DNA from: Octopus bimaculoides
Lineage: Eukaryota
Length of the DNA: 64,000 nucleotides
Direction of reading: 5' to 3'
Assembly: GCF_001194135.2 (NCBI RefSeq)
Contig: NC_068981.1
Coordinates: 128,418,489 to 128,482,488 of the forward strand
The notes beneath the pieces were generated by a model. The model searched no databases. It had not been told where the DNA came from and was given only the letters and a program-made list of their open reading frames with translations. Below are positions 24,998 to 37,371 of the stretch, piece by piece (the stretch's first letter is position 1; each line of letters opens with the position of its first letter). The position numbers were made by a program, and so were the translations under genes.

Positions 24998-25517
24998 GAA
25001 AAAAAGGGGAAAATAGTTACAGTGGAGGCCCCTTTAATCACAGAGTTGCATTGTCAAGGCTGACCTGGGTTAAGACAATGATAACCTCACCATTACAGCT
25101 ATCCAGTTATTTCAACTAGCAAAACTGATACAACTCACAGTTGCTATAACAATGACAACTGCATTGATTACCAAATCTGCCCACACAATTTTATTACAGC
25201 TTTACATCTTCAATTATTTCTTCAGCCAGATGTCTACACCATTTCTATGATCTGTGCAAGTCAATGTCCACTGTGACAATCACTGTAACCATTCCATTAC
25301 TTTTATTTCTTTAATAATCCTTCTCTCTCTCTCTCTCTCTCACTCACTCACTCTCTGCACATCCATTCTTTTTTTCTCCTCTATTTTTTTCCCATTCTTT
25401 TCAGCATCTTTTATTTTCTGTTTTATAATTTCTCTCATTTTCCCCACTATTTTCAGTCTCCTTCCTACTCCATCAATCTCTCTGCTTTTCTTGTTACTTT
25501 GCACCCACTTTTTCACA

Positions 25518-25549
<32 letters not shown>

Positions 25550-25773
25550 NNNNNNNNNNNNNNNNNNNNNNNNNNNNNNNNNNNNNNNNNNNNNNNNNNN
25601 NNNNNNNNNNNNNNNNNNNNNNNNNNNNNNNNNNNNNNNNNNNNNNNNNNNNNNNNNNNNNNNNNNNNNNNNNNNNNNNNNNNNNNNNNNNNNNNNNNNN
25701 NNNNNNNNNNNNNNNNNNNNNNNNNNNNNNNNNNNNNNNNNNNNNNNNNNNNNNNNNNNNNNNNNNNNNNNNN
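25550..25773. other. Assembly gap (N run)
   Basis: N run. Other gaps at 28294-28455, 31157-31167, 33118-33127, 39493-39944 and 58789-59345. Confidence 1.
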
Positions 25774-26354
25774 GTCAATGTCCACTGTGACAATCACTGT
25801 AACCATTCCATTACTTTTATTTCTTTAATAATCCTTCTCTCTCTCTCTCTCTCTCACTAGTTCCCATTTTCTTTCTTCTTGCTTTTATTCACTCCTTTGT
25901 CTTCCACAACTCCTCCACTCAATTGTTTTCCCATTTCTGTTTTTACCCTTTTACTACTCCCTTTTTCCTATCTTCTCTTTACCTCACATTTTAACTATTC
26001 CTTTTCTCTCTAACCTTCATCTTTATTATCATTATCGCTGAATAGTAGAAATTATGCCAGAAACAGACAACTCCAAACTAAATGACTACTTCAATATACA
26101 GTTCATTTTAGAGCAAAACCTGATTTTGATATTGTTTTTCATCCAATCACAATTAAAAATTAAGCACCAACAAGATAATTAGGTTAAATTAAGTAAACAT
26201 ATTTCAAGACCTTTACTTACCAAAGGAGAGTTTAAATAGAAAAAGGATAATAATTAATTTCTATGAATGAAGAGGTAGGAATAACTGTGTGATAAAAAGA
26301 TTGCTTCCCAATGAAATGGTCTGGGTTCAGCCCACTATGTGCCACTTTGGGTTT

Positions 26355-26700
26355 GAGCCTTCGTACACATGCGTCATACAGTCTGCCTTTTACTCTGAGT
26401 GAGAGGCCCTTTGTCACCAGCTGAGGTAAGAGCTCTCTGAACTTTGCCCAGGCTATTCTTATTCTAGCAGCTACACTTTCAGCGCACCTTCCCCCACTAC
26501 TAACTTGGTCACCCAGATATCGGAAGCTATCAACTACGTATAGTTTGTCTCCCTGGAATGTGGCAGAAGTTGTTTTCTACACATTTTCAGTGTTTATTGC
26601 TCCTGAACATCTGCCACATACAAAAAGTAACTTCCTTTGATATTGCTGCACCTCTCATGTGCCCATAGCTTACACTGGGTACATCTTATAGAGTTTCTAC
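26355..26700 (-). mobile_element. RTE LINE ORF fragment
   Basis: Encodes DSFRYLGDQVSSGG.C.ESVAARIRIAWAKFRELLP.LVTKGLSLRVKGRLYDACVR. Confidence 0.85.
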
Positions 26701-27034
26701 CAACGCCTTTTCTACAGATCTAGCAGGGCCATCTACCTGAAGGGGGTTTGTGTTTTGTCTACCTTCCTACTTATTAGGAGTTTGGTTTTAGCTAGGTTGA
26801 CTCTAAAGCCCTTCAATTCTAGTCCTTGCTTCCACACCTGAAACTTCTCTAGCTCTGATAGTGACTCAGCAAGTAACGCAAGGTCATCAGCATAGAGGAG
26901 CTCCCAAGGGCATCCTGTCTTGAATTCTTGTGTTATTGCCTGGAGGACTATGATAAATAGGAGGGGGCTGAGGACTGAACCTTGGTGGACCCCTACCTCT
27001 ACCCGGAATTTTTCACTGTTCTCGCAATAAACAC

Positions 27035-27300
27035 TGAAGATGTACAGACAACAGACTCCATCACATGCCAGGGTGAGAAACTAGACGGAGTTAATAGCTT
27101 CCGCTACCTAAGCAACCATGTCTGTATTGGTGGATGTTGCTCTGAGAGTGTAGCAGCTAGAATAAGAATAGCCTGAGCAAAGTTCAGGGAACTCCTACCT
27201 CTGCTGGCAACTAGATGACTGCTGAGGACATGTGTAGGCTTGAAAGAAATGAAGCTAGCATGATCCACTGAATGTGTATTGTCAGTGTGCATACATGACA
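27035..27300 (+). mobile_element. RTE LINE ORF fragment
   Basis: Encodes QGEKLDGVNSFRYLSNHVCIGGCCSESVAARIRIA, followed by deleted remnants. Opposite orientation to 26355-26700. Confidence 0.75.
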
Positions 27301-27778
27301 GTGTTTTATTTCTATTGTTTGTGCAGTGCATGTGTATACGTGTGGGTAGGTTTGTGAGAGTGTCTTGTATTTGTCAGGGTGGTGTGTGTTATTGTGTGTG
27401 TGCACGTGCTTGTGTGTGTATGTGTATACGTGTGTGTGTGATATACACACACAATACAATCCCAACAATCATATATATATGTATGTATGTATTTATCTTA
27501 CATATTAAAACTGAAAATGTCTGTGTTTGTGTGTGTGTATGTCCTCGTTTCACGCTAAAACAACTTGACCAATTTTTCTTAAACTTCATACACACATTGC
27601 TTATGTGACTGGGGAGGTTTTAAGTATAAAATAAATTTTGAAAAAATGTTCAGGTAAATGGCAGGAGGAATAACATTTGGGCGCAAGTGAACAGTGGGAA
27701 TAATTATTTTTATGCTTTCAAGGGAAATAACCACCAAAGGAAATAACCCATTCATTTTCATTATGCTTATTTCTTAGT

Positions 27779-28140
27779 GGAGGCGCAATGGCCCAGTGGT
27801 TAGGGCAGCGGACTCGCGGTCATAGGATCGCGGTTTCAATTCCCAGACCAGGCATTGTGAGTGTTTATTGAGCGAAAACACCTAAAGCTCCACGAGGCTC
27901 CGGCAGGGGATGGTGGCGAACCCTGCTGTACTCTTTCACCACAACTTTCTCTCACTATTTCTTCCAGTTTCTGTTGTATTTCAAAGGGCCAGCCTTGTCA
28001 CGTTCTGTCATACTGAATCTCCCCAAGAACTACGTTAAGGGTACACATGTGTACTTGCACATTGCACATTGATTTCACGAGCAGGCTATTCCATTGATTG
28101 GATCAACTGGAACCCTCGTCATCATAACCGATGGAGTGCT
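27779..28140 (+). mobile_element. tRNA-derived SINE, family C (CpG-rich, relatively young)
   Basis: Head GGAGGCGCAATGGCCCAGTGGTTAGGGCAGCGGACTCGCGG.. with box A TGGCCCAGTGG and box-B-like GGTTTCAATTCC. Followed by a unique body and (TA)n. Confidence 0.8.
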
Positions 28141-28144
28141 GTAG

Positions 28145-28190
<46 letters not shown>

Positions 28191-28910
28191 TGATCTATCT
28201 GTTTCCCAGCCCTTGGCTATATATCTCAAATGGAAGCTAATTGTCAATTCCATGGAAGAAATATCTTTATTCCTGCTAGATATGCATACATCANNNNNNN
28301 NNNNNNNNNNNNNNNNNNNNNNNNNNNNNNNNNNNNNNNNNNNNNNNNNNNNNNNNNNNNNNNNNNNNNNNNNNNNNNNNNNNNNNNNNNNNNNNNNNNN
28401 NNNNNNNNNNNNNNNNNNNNNNNNNNNNNNNNNNNNNNNNNNNNNNNNNNNNNNNTCTCACATACACTTTTCAAACTACTTTCCAGTCATTTCAAAAAGT
28501 TTCTTTACTACCAAGTACATCATCTATATTACCAGCATTTATCTATTTCAATTTGACTTGAATTTTTAATTTGTGTGTTTCTCTCACCACTATTTACATA
28601 TTCACACACACATAATTATAAAAAAATTTCATACGTACATACTTATGTACGTATGGATGTATAATCATCATTTAACATTCAATTTTCCATCCTTGTATAT
28701 AGAATTTTTTGCAGTCGATTTTCTACAGCCAGATGCCTTTCCTGTTACCAAACCCCAACTGTTTCCAAGCAAAGTAATATTTTCCCATGGCCAAATGTTT
28801 TCCACTGAAGATTAGAAACAAACAACACCTTTATGATGTTGATGCTCATTTACAACCACAACATGATGTCAAGACAAGCATGTACACACACACACACACA
28901 CACACAGATA

Positions 28911-29011
28911 CAGGGTGTCCAGAAAGTTTCACCTGATTTTTATTTTATTGTAAACTGTATTGTATTATAGTTTTCAAAATAAGAATCAGGCAAAACTTTC
29001 TGGACACCCTG
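28911..29011. mobile_element. 101-bp Tc1/mariner-type MITE
   Basis: TA|CAGGGTGTCCAGAAAGTTTCACCTGATT ... AATCAGGCAAAACTTTCTGGACACCCTG|TA. TIRs of about 30 bp with a TA duplication. Confidence 0.9.
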
Positions 29012-29106
29012 TATATAGATAGATACACACACACACACACAGAGGGTGGTACATAAGTGCAAAACAAGGTGAAGAAAATAGTACTCGAATGTGCTTTTAT
29101 CGAAGC

Positions 29107-29274
29107 TGCAAAATTATCACAAAAATTGTTACTCAGAGTATCACATTCCCATTAGTTGGACAGTTGTGATGAAAATTGAATTAAAATTCAATACTTTTAA
29201 TTCAGTTTTCATGACAACTGTCCGACAAATGGAAACGTGAAACTCTGACTAACAGTTTTTGTGATAATTTTGCA
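29107..29274. repeat. Imperfect palindrome, 80-nt arms and 8-nt loop
   Basis: Arms 29107-29186 and 29195-29274 are reverse complements around TTCAATAC. Confidence 0.9.
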
Positions 29275-29335
29275 ACTTTAAGTATATATATATATATATA
29301 TACATATACATACATACATACATACATACATACAT

Positions 29336-30165
29336 ACATGCATACCTCGGCTTAAGTCATTTTGATTTAAGCTGTTCTCAATTATACGGTTTTCAAAAAT
29401 AATACATGGAAAAATAAAAATCAAGTCAAGTCATTTTACTTGACTTTACATCTCTCTGCCACAAATATTGGAATCGTAGAATCCCTAGAAAACCGATAAA
29501 AGCACATAAAATCATGTTACTGTACAATAAATAAGAATAAAACCATATAAAACCATATTAAAATACATACAGTAGATGTTAACATACACACCATAAAGTA
29601 GTGTAGGTTAGTGAACGAAATCATGAAATCAACTGTGTTGTCTTATTTATCGGTCTTTTGGAGCTCATATTGCACTGTAGTTCCATATTTACCATTAGGG
29701 GTCATTGTCACTCATGATTCCTGCATTTGTTTTGAAATCAGATTTGTTTATGTCTGTTCATTGGCTACTTTCTCATTCGCATTCATTTGTGACTTTGTTT
29801 TTTAACCCCATGGCTCCTAAGGAAATTCATAGTGAAAGTGCTAAGTGTTATGCTATAATGCTGGAAGATAAACTGGCTATGATAAAACGCTATGATGTAA
29901 TTGCACAATCTTTTGGGATGAGTCGGACAACTGTATCGACGATTGTACATATAAGGACAAGATTTTAGCACATATCAAACCTGAAGCCCCAGGGATGAAG
30001 AACACTGCCATCAATAAGAAAAGAGGCAAAATCTTTGAAGAAATGGAAAGTCTTCTTTCTCTTTGGATTGTTAGGTTGAATCGTCAGCGTGCTACTATTA
30101 GTCAAAAAATCATTCAAGAGAAAGTGTTGTCTTTGTTTGAGGACCTGAAGAAAAATTTTTTATCA
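29336..30165 (+). mobile_element. 5' part of a pogo/Tigger transposon (CENP-B-type HTH domains)
   Basis: From 29810: MAPKEIHS..IMLEDKLAMIKRYD..FGMSRTTVSTIV..KKRGKIFEEMESLLSLWI..ISQKIIQEKVLSLFEDLKK. Frameshifted. Confidence 0.8.
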
Positions 30166-30279
30166 CTGGCTTCAGCTATACATATACTAAAATGGAATAA
30201 GACAGAAAAGATTTGGGTGACCACTGCACAAGGATGCCACACAAATATCTGAAGTGTTCCATATTTTTTAATAGGCACT

Positions 30280-30445
30280 GACATGGCTGTGTGATAAGAA
30301 GTTTGCTTTCCAACCACATGGTTCCACATCCAGTCCTACAGTATAGTACCTTGGGCAAGTGTCTTCTACAATAGCCCCAGGACAACCAAAGCCTTGTAAA
30401 TGAATTTGGTAGAAGGGAACTAAAAGAAGCCCATCATGTAGTTAG
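30280..30445 (+). mobile_element. tRNA-derived SINE, family B
   Basis: GGCTGTGTGATAAGAAGTTTGCTTTCCAACCACATGG..ACCTTGGGCAAGTGTCTTCTAC..AAAGCCTTGT..GGATTTGGTAG. Other copies at about 31410-31575(-), 36365-36520, 36975-37135, 39055-39195, 45950-46102(-), 51808-51965, 60908-61050 and 61160-61300(-). Confidence 0.8.
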
Positions 30446-31574
30446 TGATAATAAAATAAAATAGAAACAAGAACCTATATATCATCATCATCATCATCAT
30501 CATTGTCATTGTTTAACATCCATTTTCTATACTTGCATGGGCTGGATGGAGCTTTTTAGGCAAATTTTCTACGGCCAGCTGTCCTTCCTGTCACCAACCA
30601 TTAACTGTTTTCAAATAAAGTAATATTTCCCTACAACCAGACATGTTTTCTCAGAAGATTGAAAAGGAAGGACACTATATGCATGGTGGTGACATTCATA
30701 TGACTATCACTTGAAGTCAAGTGAGTGGCTGCAGCTTTTGTTGCTTCTTTAGTTTCTTTCCGTCTTCTTACTTAAAGATGGCGGATATCAATGAATGGAA
30801 CAACAGTAGATCACATGTGACATGTGACAACATTTAATTTTTTTTATTTTTTTCAATGCTGGTTGATGCTTTTCATTTTAATTTCTAAACCAAACGACTT
30901 CTACTACCTGTTATATTGCTTCAAGTGAGAAATTTTACAGAAACTTAACCAGATACATGTGATACAACTGCTGAAAATATAACTGACAAAGAGAGAAAAA
31001 TCTGATGCTGCTGCAAGGATTATATTGATGTTCACACAACAAGAAGAAAACTCCCAAATTTTCATACAAATGTGAATTTATTTTGGATGTGGTTGTATGT
31101 GACTAGTCATGTATGCTAATGATCATATGTATGCATGTGTGTTTGTGAAAAAAAAANNNNNNNNNNNATATAATTTGTTTCAGTCATTTGACTGTAGCCA
31201 TGCTGAAGCACTGCCTCTAGTTGAACAAATAGACCTCAGTAGTTATTCTGTGTAAGCCTAATACTTATTCCATCAGTCTCTTTTGACAAACTGCTATGTT
31301 ACAGGGACGTAAACACACTAACATCAGTTGTCAAGCGATGGGGGGGGGGGACAAACATAGACACACAAACATACATATCATCATCATCATCATCATCGTT
31401 TAACGTCCGCTTTACGGGCTTCTTTCAGTTTCTGTCTACCAAATCCACTCACAGGGCTTTGGTCAGCCTGAGGCTATAGCAGAAGACACATGCCTAAGGT
31501 GCCATGCAGTGGGACTGAACCCGGAACCATGTGGTTGAGAAGCAAGCCTCTTACCACACAGCAATGTCTGTGCC

Positions 31575-31666
<92 letters not shown>

Positions 31667-31676
31667 AACACACATA

Positions 31677-31789
31677 CAGGGTGGGCCAAAAGTCATGAAC
31701 AAATTAAGTTCAATACCTGCTTCAATTTTCCTAAAATTGGATTAGATAAATTAAATAGCAATGAATACACATGCACATGATGAACAAAA

Positions 31790-31828
<39 letters not shown>

Positions 31829-33042
31829 GCTCGGATGCAGTGGCTCTCATGGCTTCTGATCTTAATTGATTGGAAGTGTTATCATGTACATTGTTTCGTC
31901 TTGGTAGAAAAGATGGACTACAGCAAATACTCTGCTCAATACCACAGATTTGCTTGTCAGTTGTTTGACCTTAACCAGTTGAGCATGTCCCTTGGTGGCT
32001 GACAATATGTGCATCTCTGATCCTGAGCAGAAGTAGTGGGGGAGCACCATAGCCATGTGTTGAGAGGAATTCTTTGGGGCTTGATTAATTCACCTTTGGA
32101 AACATGGGTGTTTTGCTCAACATCCTTAAACAAATCTTATTCAGGGACCTTTTGAGCGGGATGGGCTATTCAACCTGAAGAAAATTTTAACTGGGCCCAC
32201 CTGCGAGGTCATGTGCTGTTCATGAGATCACCATGTCATGTACATATGATTGTGATGCATGTGCCTGGTGTACCCTTATCAGATGGGTAGTCATGTTGGG
32301 TATAATGGGCTTCGTATATTTTACCGCAGTGTCACTTTGATGGCATGCACTGCTCTCTCACTCAATCATCATCATCATCGTTTAACATCCGCTTTCCATG
32401 CTAGCATGGTTTGAACGATTTGACTGAGGACTGGTGAACCAGATGGTTACACCAGGCTCCAATCTGATTTGGCAGAGTTTCTACAGCTGGATGCCCTTCC
32501 TAACGCCAACCACTCCGACAGTGTAGTGGGTGCTTAATAATAATAATAATCCTACAATAGGCACAAGGCCTGAAATTATGGGGAAGGGGGCTGGTCAATT
32601 ACATTGACCTCAGTGCATAACTGGTCTTATTTCATTGACCCTGAAAAGATGAAAGGCAAAGTCGACCTCAGAAGAATTTGAACTCAATGTAAGGACAGAC
32701 AAAATACTGCTAAGCATTTTGCCCGGCATGCTAATGATTCTGCCAGCTCGCTGCCTTTCTACTAAAGGCATAAGGTCTGAAATTTTGTGGGAGGGGATTG
32801 GGTGATTACATCAACCCCAGTATCTAATTGGCACTTATTCTATTGACCTCAAAAGGATGAAAAGCAAAGCGGAAATTGAACTTAGATGGATGAAATCATA
32901 CTAAGCATTTTGCCTGGTGTGCTGATGTTTTTGCCAGCTTACCAATAATAATGATGATGATGATTTATTCAATTATTTATTATAATAATAATGAAATATT
33001 AATGAAATGCTAAAGATTTTGGTGTGTGACTTTTGGCCCATC

Positions 33043-33045
<3 letters not shown>
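31677..33045. mobile_element. Tc1/mariner-type MITE interrupted by nested insertions
   Basis: Left TA|CAGGGTGGGCCAAAAGTCA; right TGACTTTTGGCCCATCCTC (17/19 match to the reverse complement). Confidence 0.6.
31826..32366 (-). mobile_element. About 540-bp interspersed repeat within an (AAT)n tract, class undetermined
   Basis: Higher-complexity, GC-richer segment bounded by (AAT)n on the left and ..CTCAAT on the right. No ORF. Confidence 0.5.
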
Positions 33046-33117
<72 letters not shown>

Positions 33118-33799
33118 NNNNNNNNNNATGAATGAGGGCAGAAAGTACACCTGTTTCTGCCCTCATTCATGATCACCCCACCCCCCTCTGGCCAGGTAAT
33201 ATACCTCCTCTGTAGCAAGACACCCGTTTCTACCTCTCTGTCTCTGTCACAATCTAACCTTTCATGATCCGACACAAGATCACCTCCTTCAATACCCCCT
33301 CCTCCTTAATGGGGACTGAACTGTATCATTCAATTTTTCAAATAAAGAGAAGTTATTGTAAATACCCACAAAAAGAAATGTTTTGAAAATTCTTTAACTA
33401 GGATACAATTGAAAGACTGTAGCAAGAACTTTGTCCTGAGTTTGCTATAGTTCAAAATTTGATCCCTTATGTTCAGTGATTATGGTTCTTTCATTAAGGT
33501 AAAAAATATCTTTTTGCCCTTATTTATATACATGGAGTGCAGTATTTAATAAGTTTCAGGCTACAAGGACACTTTCAACTGGAATTGTCATTCCAGTTGA
33601 GAGGTAGTGGTAATTTCATCTCTAAATCCAGATGAATATGTATGCTGGTTAAATCTGTTTTTAAACTGCTCCATATATCACTGCTAATGAAGGCATAAAA
33701 TATTTGGTGAGCAATTCTGAAATTACAAGTTGGCTGTTGGATTGAGAATAAGTGAGGGCTGGGCTGACTTGTAATGTGTTTTCACTTGTAGTTTGAGAT

Positions 33800-35560
33800 A
33801 TATAAGGCAACAGCAGGGTGTTTTGTATTTTTTTGTTGAATTGTATGGAATTAGTGTGGCTGTAAAATACTTATGTAGTTTTAACAGAGATTTAGCTGTT
33901 AGTTTTTATACTCTAACTATAAATGGATTCAACCATGTAATATTTTCCTTTCTTCTTATAAACTATCTGCTTGAAAGAACATTTAAAAAGTGCAGCACTG
34001 TACAGGGTGGAACTGCACAATCGCAAATATGCCAATTGGAGGATGGGTCAGATATTCTATTTATTCCATCTATTAAATTTTTTATAATGCCTAGTGGATG
34101 ATTGATGTCTTTCAGTATCTGTTTTTCTTCCTATCATTTAATCAAGAAGGAAAACAGTGTCCATTACTCTTTATAGAGGATCTGAGACTTGTTGAAGGAA
34201 CAAAACAAATGTTTTCTCAAGTTGGAGACCTAGCCTGAATGTTTGCAAAAGAGGGGACTTCACTAAATGCATCCACAGTGCCAGGTGGTGATGTAAAACT
34301 GACAATGGACTAGTCTATCACCTAAGTCGACCTGGTAGGATTTGAATTCAGAATGCAAAAATCTGGAACAAACATTGCAAGACATCCAGCCTGTTGTTCT
34401 TACAGTTCTGCCAAATCACTATGCTGGGCTGGTACATTTTAATCAACTCTGAGAAGATGAAAGGCAAAGTTGACCTTGGCAGGATCTGAACTCAGTATGC
34501 TGAGTCTGAGTGAATACCATGACACTCCACCAATTCATCACCTGTGTGTATGTAATGTCCTTTTCTGGCTTTGTATAAGCGCAGCCCTTACCAGTAACAG
34601 GACCAAAGTAGTATATAGGAAATTAACAACTCTTTAATTAGTGGTGATTATCATATAATGCTTCTTAAACAGGCCTATTAAATCCTTTCTTAGCTTATCC
34701 ATGCTGTGGTTATTCATGTTGTGAAAGCTAGTTAAACCATTAGCTCTACACAACCTGGGACTTAATATATGGGCCCTTCTATGTTTGCTTATATTGTCTA
34801 GGATGAAGAGGTAGACTAGTCTGGAAACCTCTGCTCCATTTCAATTCTCTAGTAAGATGAAGAATACGGGACTATCCTCCTTTTCTACTCAGAGGGAGTT
34901 GTTATACAACAGAAGCAGCTTCCTGACACTGATAATGATATCAATACCATCAATTGTAGTATACACTTTACCAAATTCCAGTATGTCAAATTGAGTAAAT
35001 CTACAGTGCATTTTATCCTGCATGACCTCAAACTAATGAATTACTTCATCACACAGTTCCATTGAGCTAATCTGGTGATGTTCCTAATTTTGAGATACGT
35101 CAAGTTTTACTGAACCTAATTAATTTTTGAAGGAGTTGTTTAGCTTTCATTTGGGGTTGAAAAATTTCATTCTTTAAATAGGGCACTTGTATAGCAAGGC
35201 ATGCCATACTGTATTCTATGTTTAGTTATGTGATTAATGTCTTTACCTCAATATTTATTGTTTTATGTACTGAGGCTTATTTTCTTTTATGTTTTAGTGA
35301 TGTTGTCTGAGAAAATTGTATGTTGCAATGTCTAGAGTACATACATTTTGATCTATCAGAAAATATATAAATATTAGGTGATTGTATGAAGTACATCAAA
35401 GAGTTGATGCAAGGGTTTTGGAAGGTGTTGGCATGAGGTCAGAATCTTGCCTGTTTATACAAGATTAGAGAAATGCTGCTCAGACTCCGCACAGTCCTTA
35501 TTTTGGTTTAGGGTTTTGTGTTTTAAAGTCAAACTTTTCAGCCTGTATTATGATGACGCC
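33800..35560 (-). mobile_element. Second, older Penelope-like RT remnant interrupted by SINEs
   Basis: Fragmentary minus-strand translations NGAEVSRLVYLFIL..RLCRANGL (cf. DGAEVCELVGL..GLYRDDGL) and NHPLGIIKNLIDGINRISDPSS (cf. SNHPP.IIK). Boundaries approximate. Confidence 0.55.
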
Positions 35561-37146
35561 TTTCTCAGAAAAAGGAGGCTTTACAATTTATATGCTTGAT
35601 GACACCTTCATTTTATTTACTTATTTATTTATCTATTTTTGATGAGGCATAATGTGTAGAGCTTCATTGACAATAATCCTAACATTTATGGAACAGACAA
35701 AATGCTATTTTTCATCTCTGGTTTTTATTAGTGTTCAGCCAGACAAGAACTGGTATAAACTCAAAATTAAAGTTGCAAGCAAGAAAAAGACTACTAAATA
35801 CTTTCTGTAATGTTTATTCATTTGTATAACATTTATGATTCATTCCCTAAAGCAAGATGGTGGCTGTGTGTGTGTGTGTGTATATATACATTACACATTT
35901 ATACACTCACACAAACACACATATACATATATATATAACTTTCACTATCAATCTGTTGTCTACATTTTCTTGTAAGGTGGACTTGACAGCTCAGCAGTAC
36001 AACAAATCACCATTTTAAATCCTATGTTATCTCAGTTAAGTAACTTTCACAGTCAGCTTGTACAACATTTTACCCAGCCTGAGTTTTTCATTTGTTTTGC
36101 CTCATATGTTCCTACTTGGAGAGGCAACTCTGCTGTATACATTAACTGATACTTTTAATGCGTAACTGCTCTCATCTCATTTCTCTCCTGTCTATATAGA
36201 TCTTCCACATTCAATGTAAATTTCTCAGTCATACAATATCACATTTTCTTGAATTCATCTAACGTCTCCCTAAATGCTTTCCTCTAGTTACTACACTAAT
36301 CTCAGAATCAGATCCAACACTAATAATATCATCTAGATAATATGTATAGTGTATTACATGTAGACTCAGGCACAGCTGTATGACTGAAAAGCTTGTTTCC
36401 CAACCATGTGGATTGGAATTCAGTCCTACTGCATGCAACCTTGGGAAGATGTCTTCTATAACAGCCCCAGGCTGACAAAAGCCTTGAGAATAAATTTAGT
36501 AAACAAAAATTGAAAAGGTGTGTGTGTGTGTGTGTGCATGCGCTTCCTGGTTGTAACATCATGTGATAGTTGTAAAGAAGTGTCCCCGTCACGCAAGCAG
36601 TGTCAGTTGTTTCCAATATTCTATAAAAACATGTCCAATCATGGAGAAATATTACCTTGCTTGAAAACAAGAGAGGGTTGGCAACAGGAAGGGTATCCAG
36701 CTGCAGAAAATCTGCCTCAACGAATTCTGCTTGACCCATGCAAGTATGGAACAGTGGATGTTAAAAGACAATGATGATAAAGATGATGATTTAGTGAATT
36801 ATCTAAGCACTATGAAGCTGATTTCATGGGTGCTTCTACTGCTAATGTATGTCTGTTCATCTGTTAATGGTGAGATTTTTCAGTTAAAAATGAAATGCCA
36901 GTTATTCTGCTGCACTTTTCATTGCTTGCTTTCACACAAAGTGAATGAGGAAAGGATGTAATGGATGGACAAAGAGTTGTGGTTGTGTGATAAGAAATTT
37001 GCTTCCCAACCACATGGCTTCAGGTTCAGTCCCTCTGTTTGACACTTTTGGCAAATGACTTCTACAACAGCCTCAAGTCAATCAAAGCCTTGTGAGGTGA
37101 TTTGGTAAACTGAAACTGAAAGAAACTCATTGTATATGTGTATGTG

Positions 37147-37371
37147 CTATTTCTTTACTACCCACAAGGGGCTACACACAGAGGGGACAAACAAGGACAA
37201 ACGGATTAAGTTGATTATACCGACCCCAGTGTGTAACTGGTACTTATTTAATCGACCCCGAAAGGATGAAAGGCAAAGTCGACCTCGGCGGAATTTGAAC
37301 TCAGAACGTAGCGGCAGACGAAATACCACTAAGCATTTCGCCCGGCGTGCTAACGTTTCTGCTAGCTCGCC
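37147..37371 (-). mobile_element. tRNA-derived SINE, family A, full-length CpG-rich copy
   Basis: GGCGAGCTAGCAGAAACGTTAGCACGCCGGGCGAAATGCTTAG..GAGTTCAAATTCCGCCGAGGTCGAC..TAGCCCCTTGTGGGTAGTAAAGAAATAG. Further minus-strand copies at about 32555-32755, 32760-32942 and 42648-42845. Confidence 0.88.

Noticed and set aside
25260-25860. About 85-bp exact direct repeat on both sides of the N gap (25260-25345 and 25774-25858)
   Set aside because: One copy starts exactly at the gap edge and both end in (CT)n. This is typical of an unmerged contig overlap.
27779-27860. Genuine tRNA gene
   Set aside because: The tRNA-like head continues into a SINE body with no terminator or clean acceptor stem. Annotated as a SINE.
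29195-29260. Possible hammerhead in the second palindrome (..CCGACAA ATG gaaa CGT GAAAC..)
   Set aside because: The core does not fit CUGANGA or a compensated variant, and stem I cannot be drawn convincingly.
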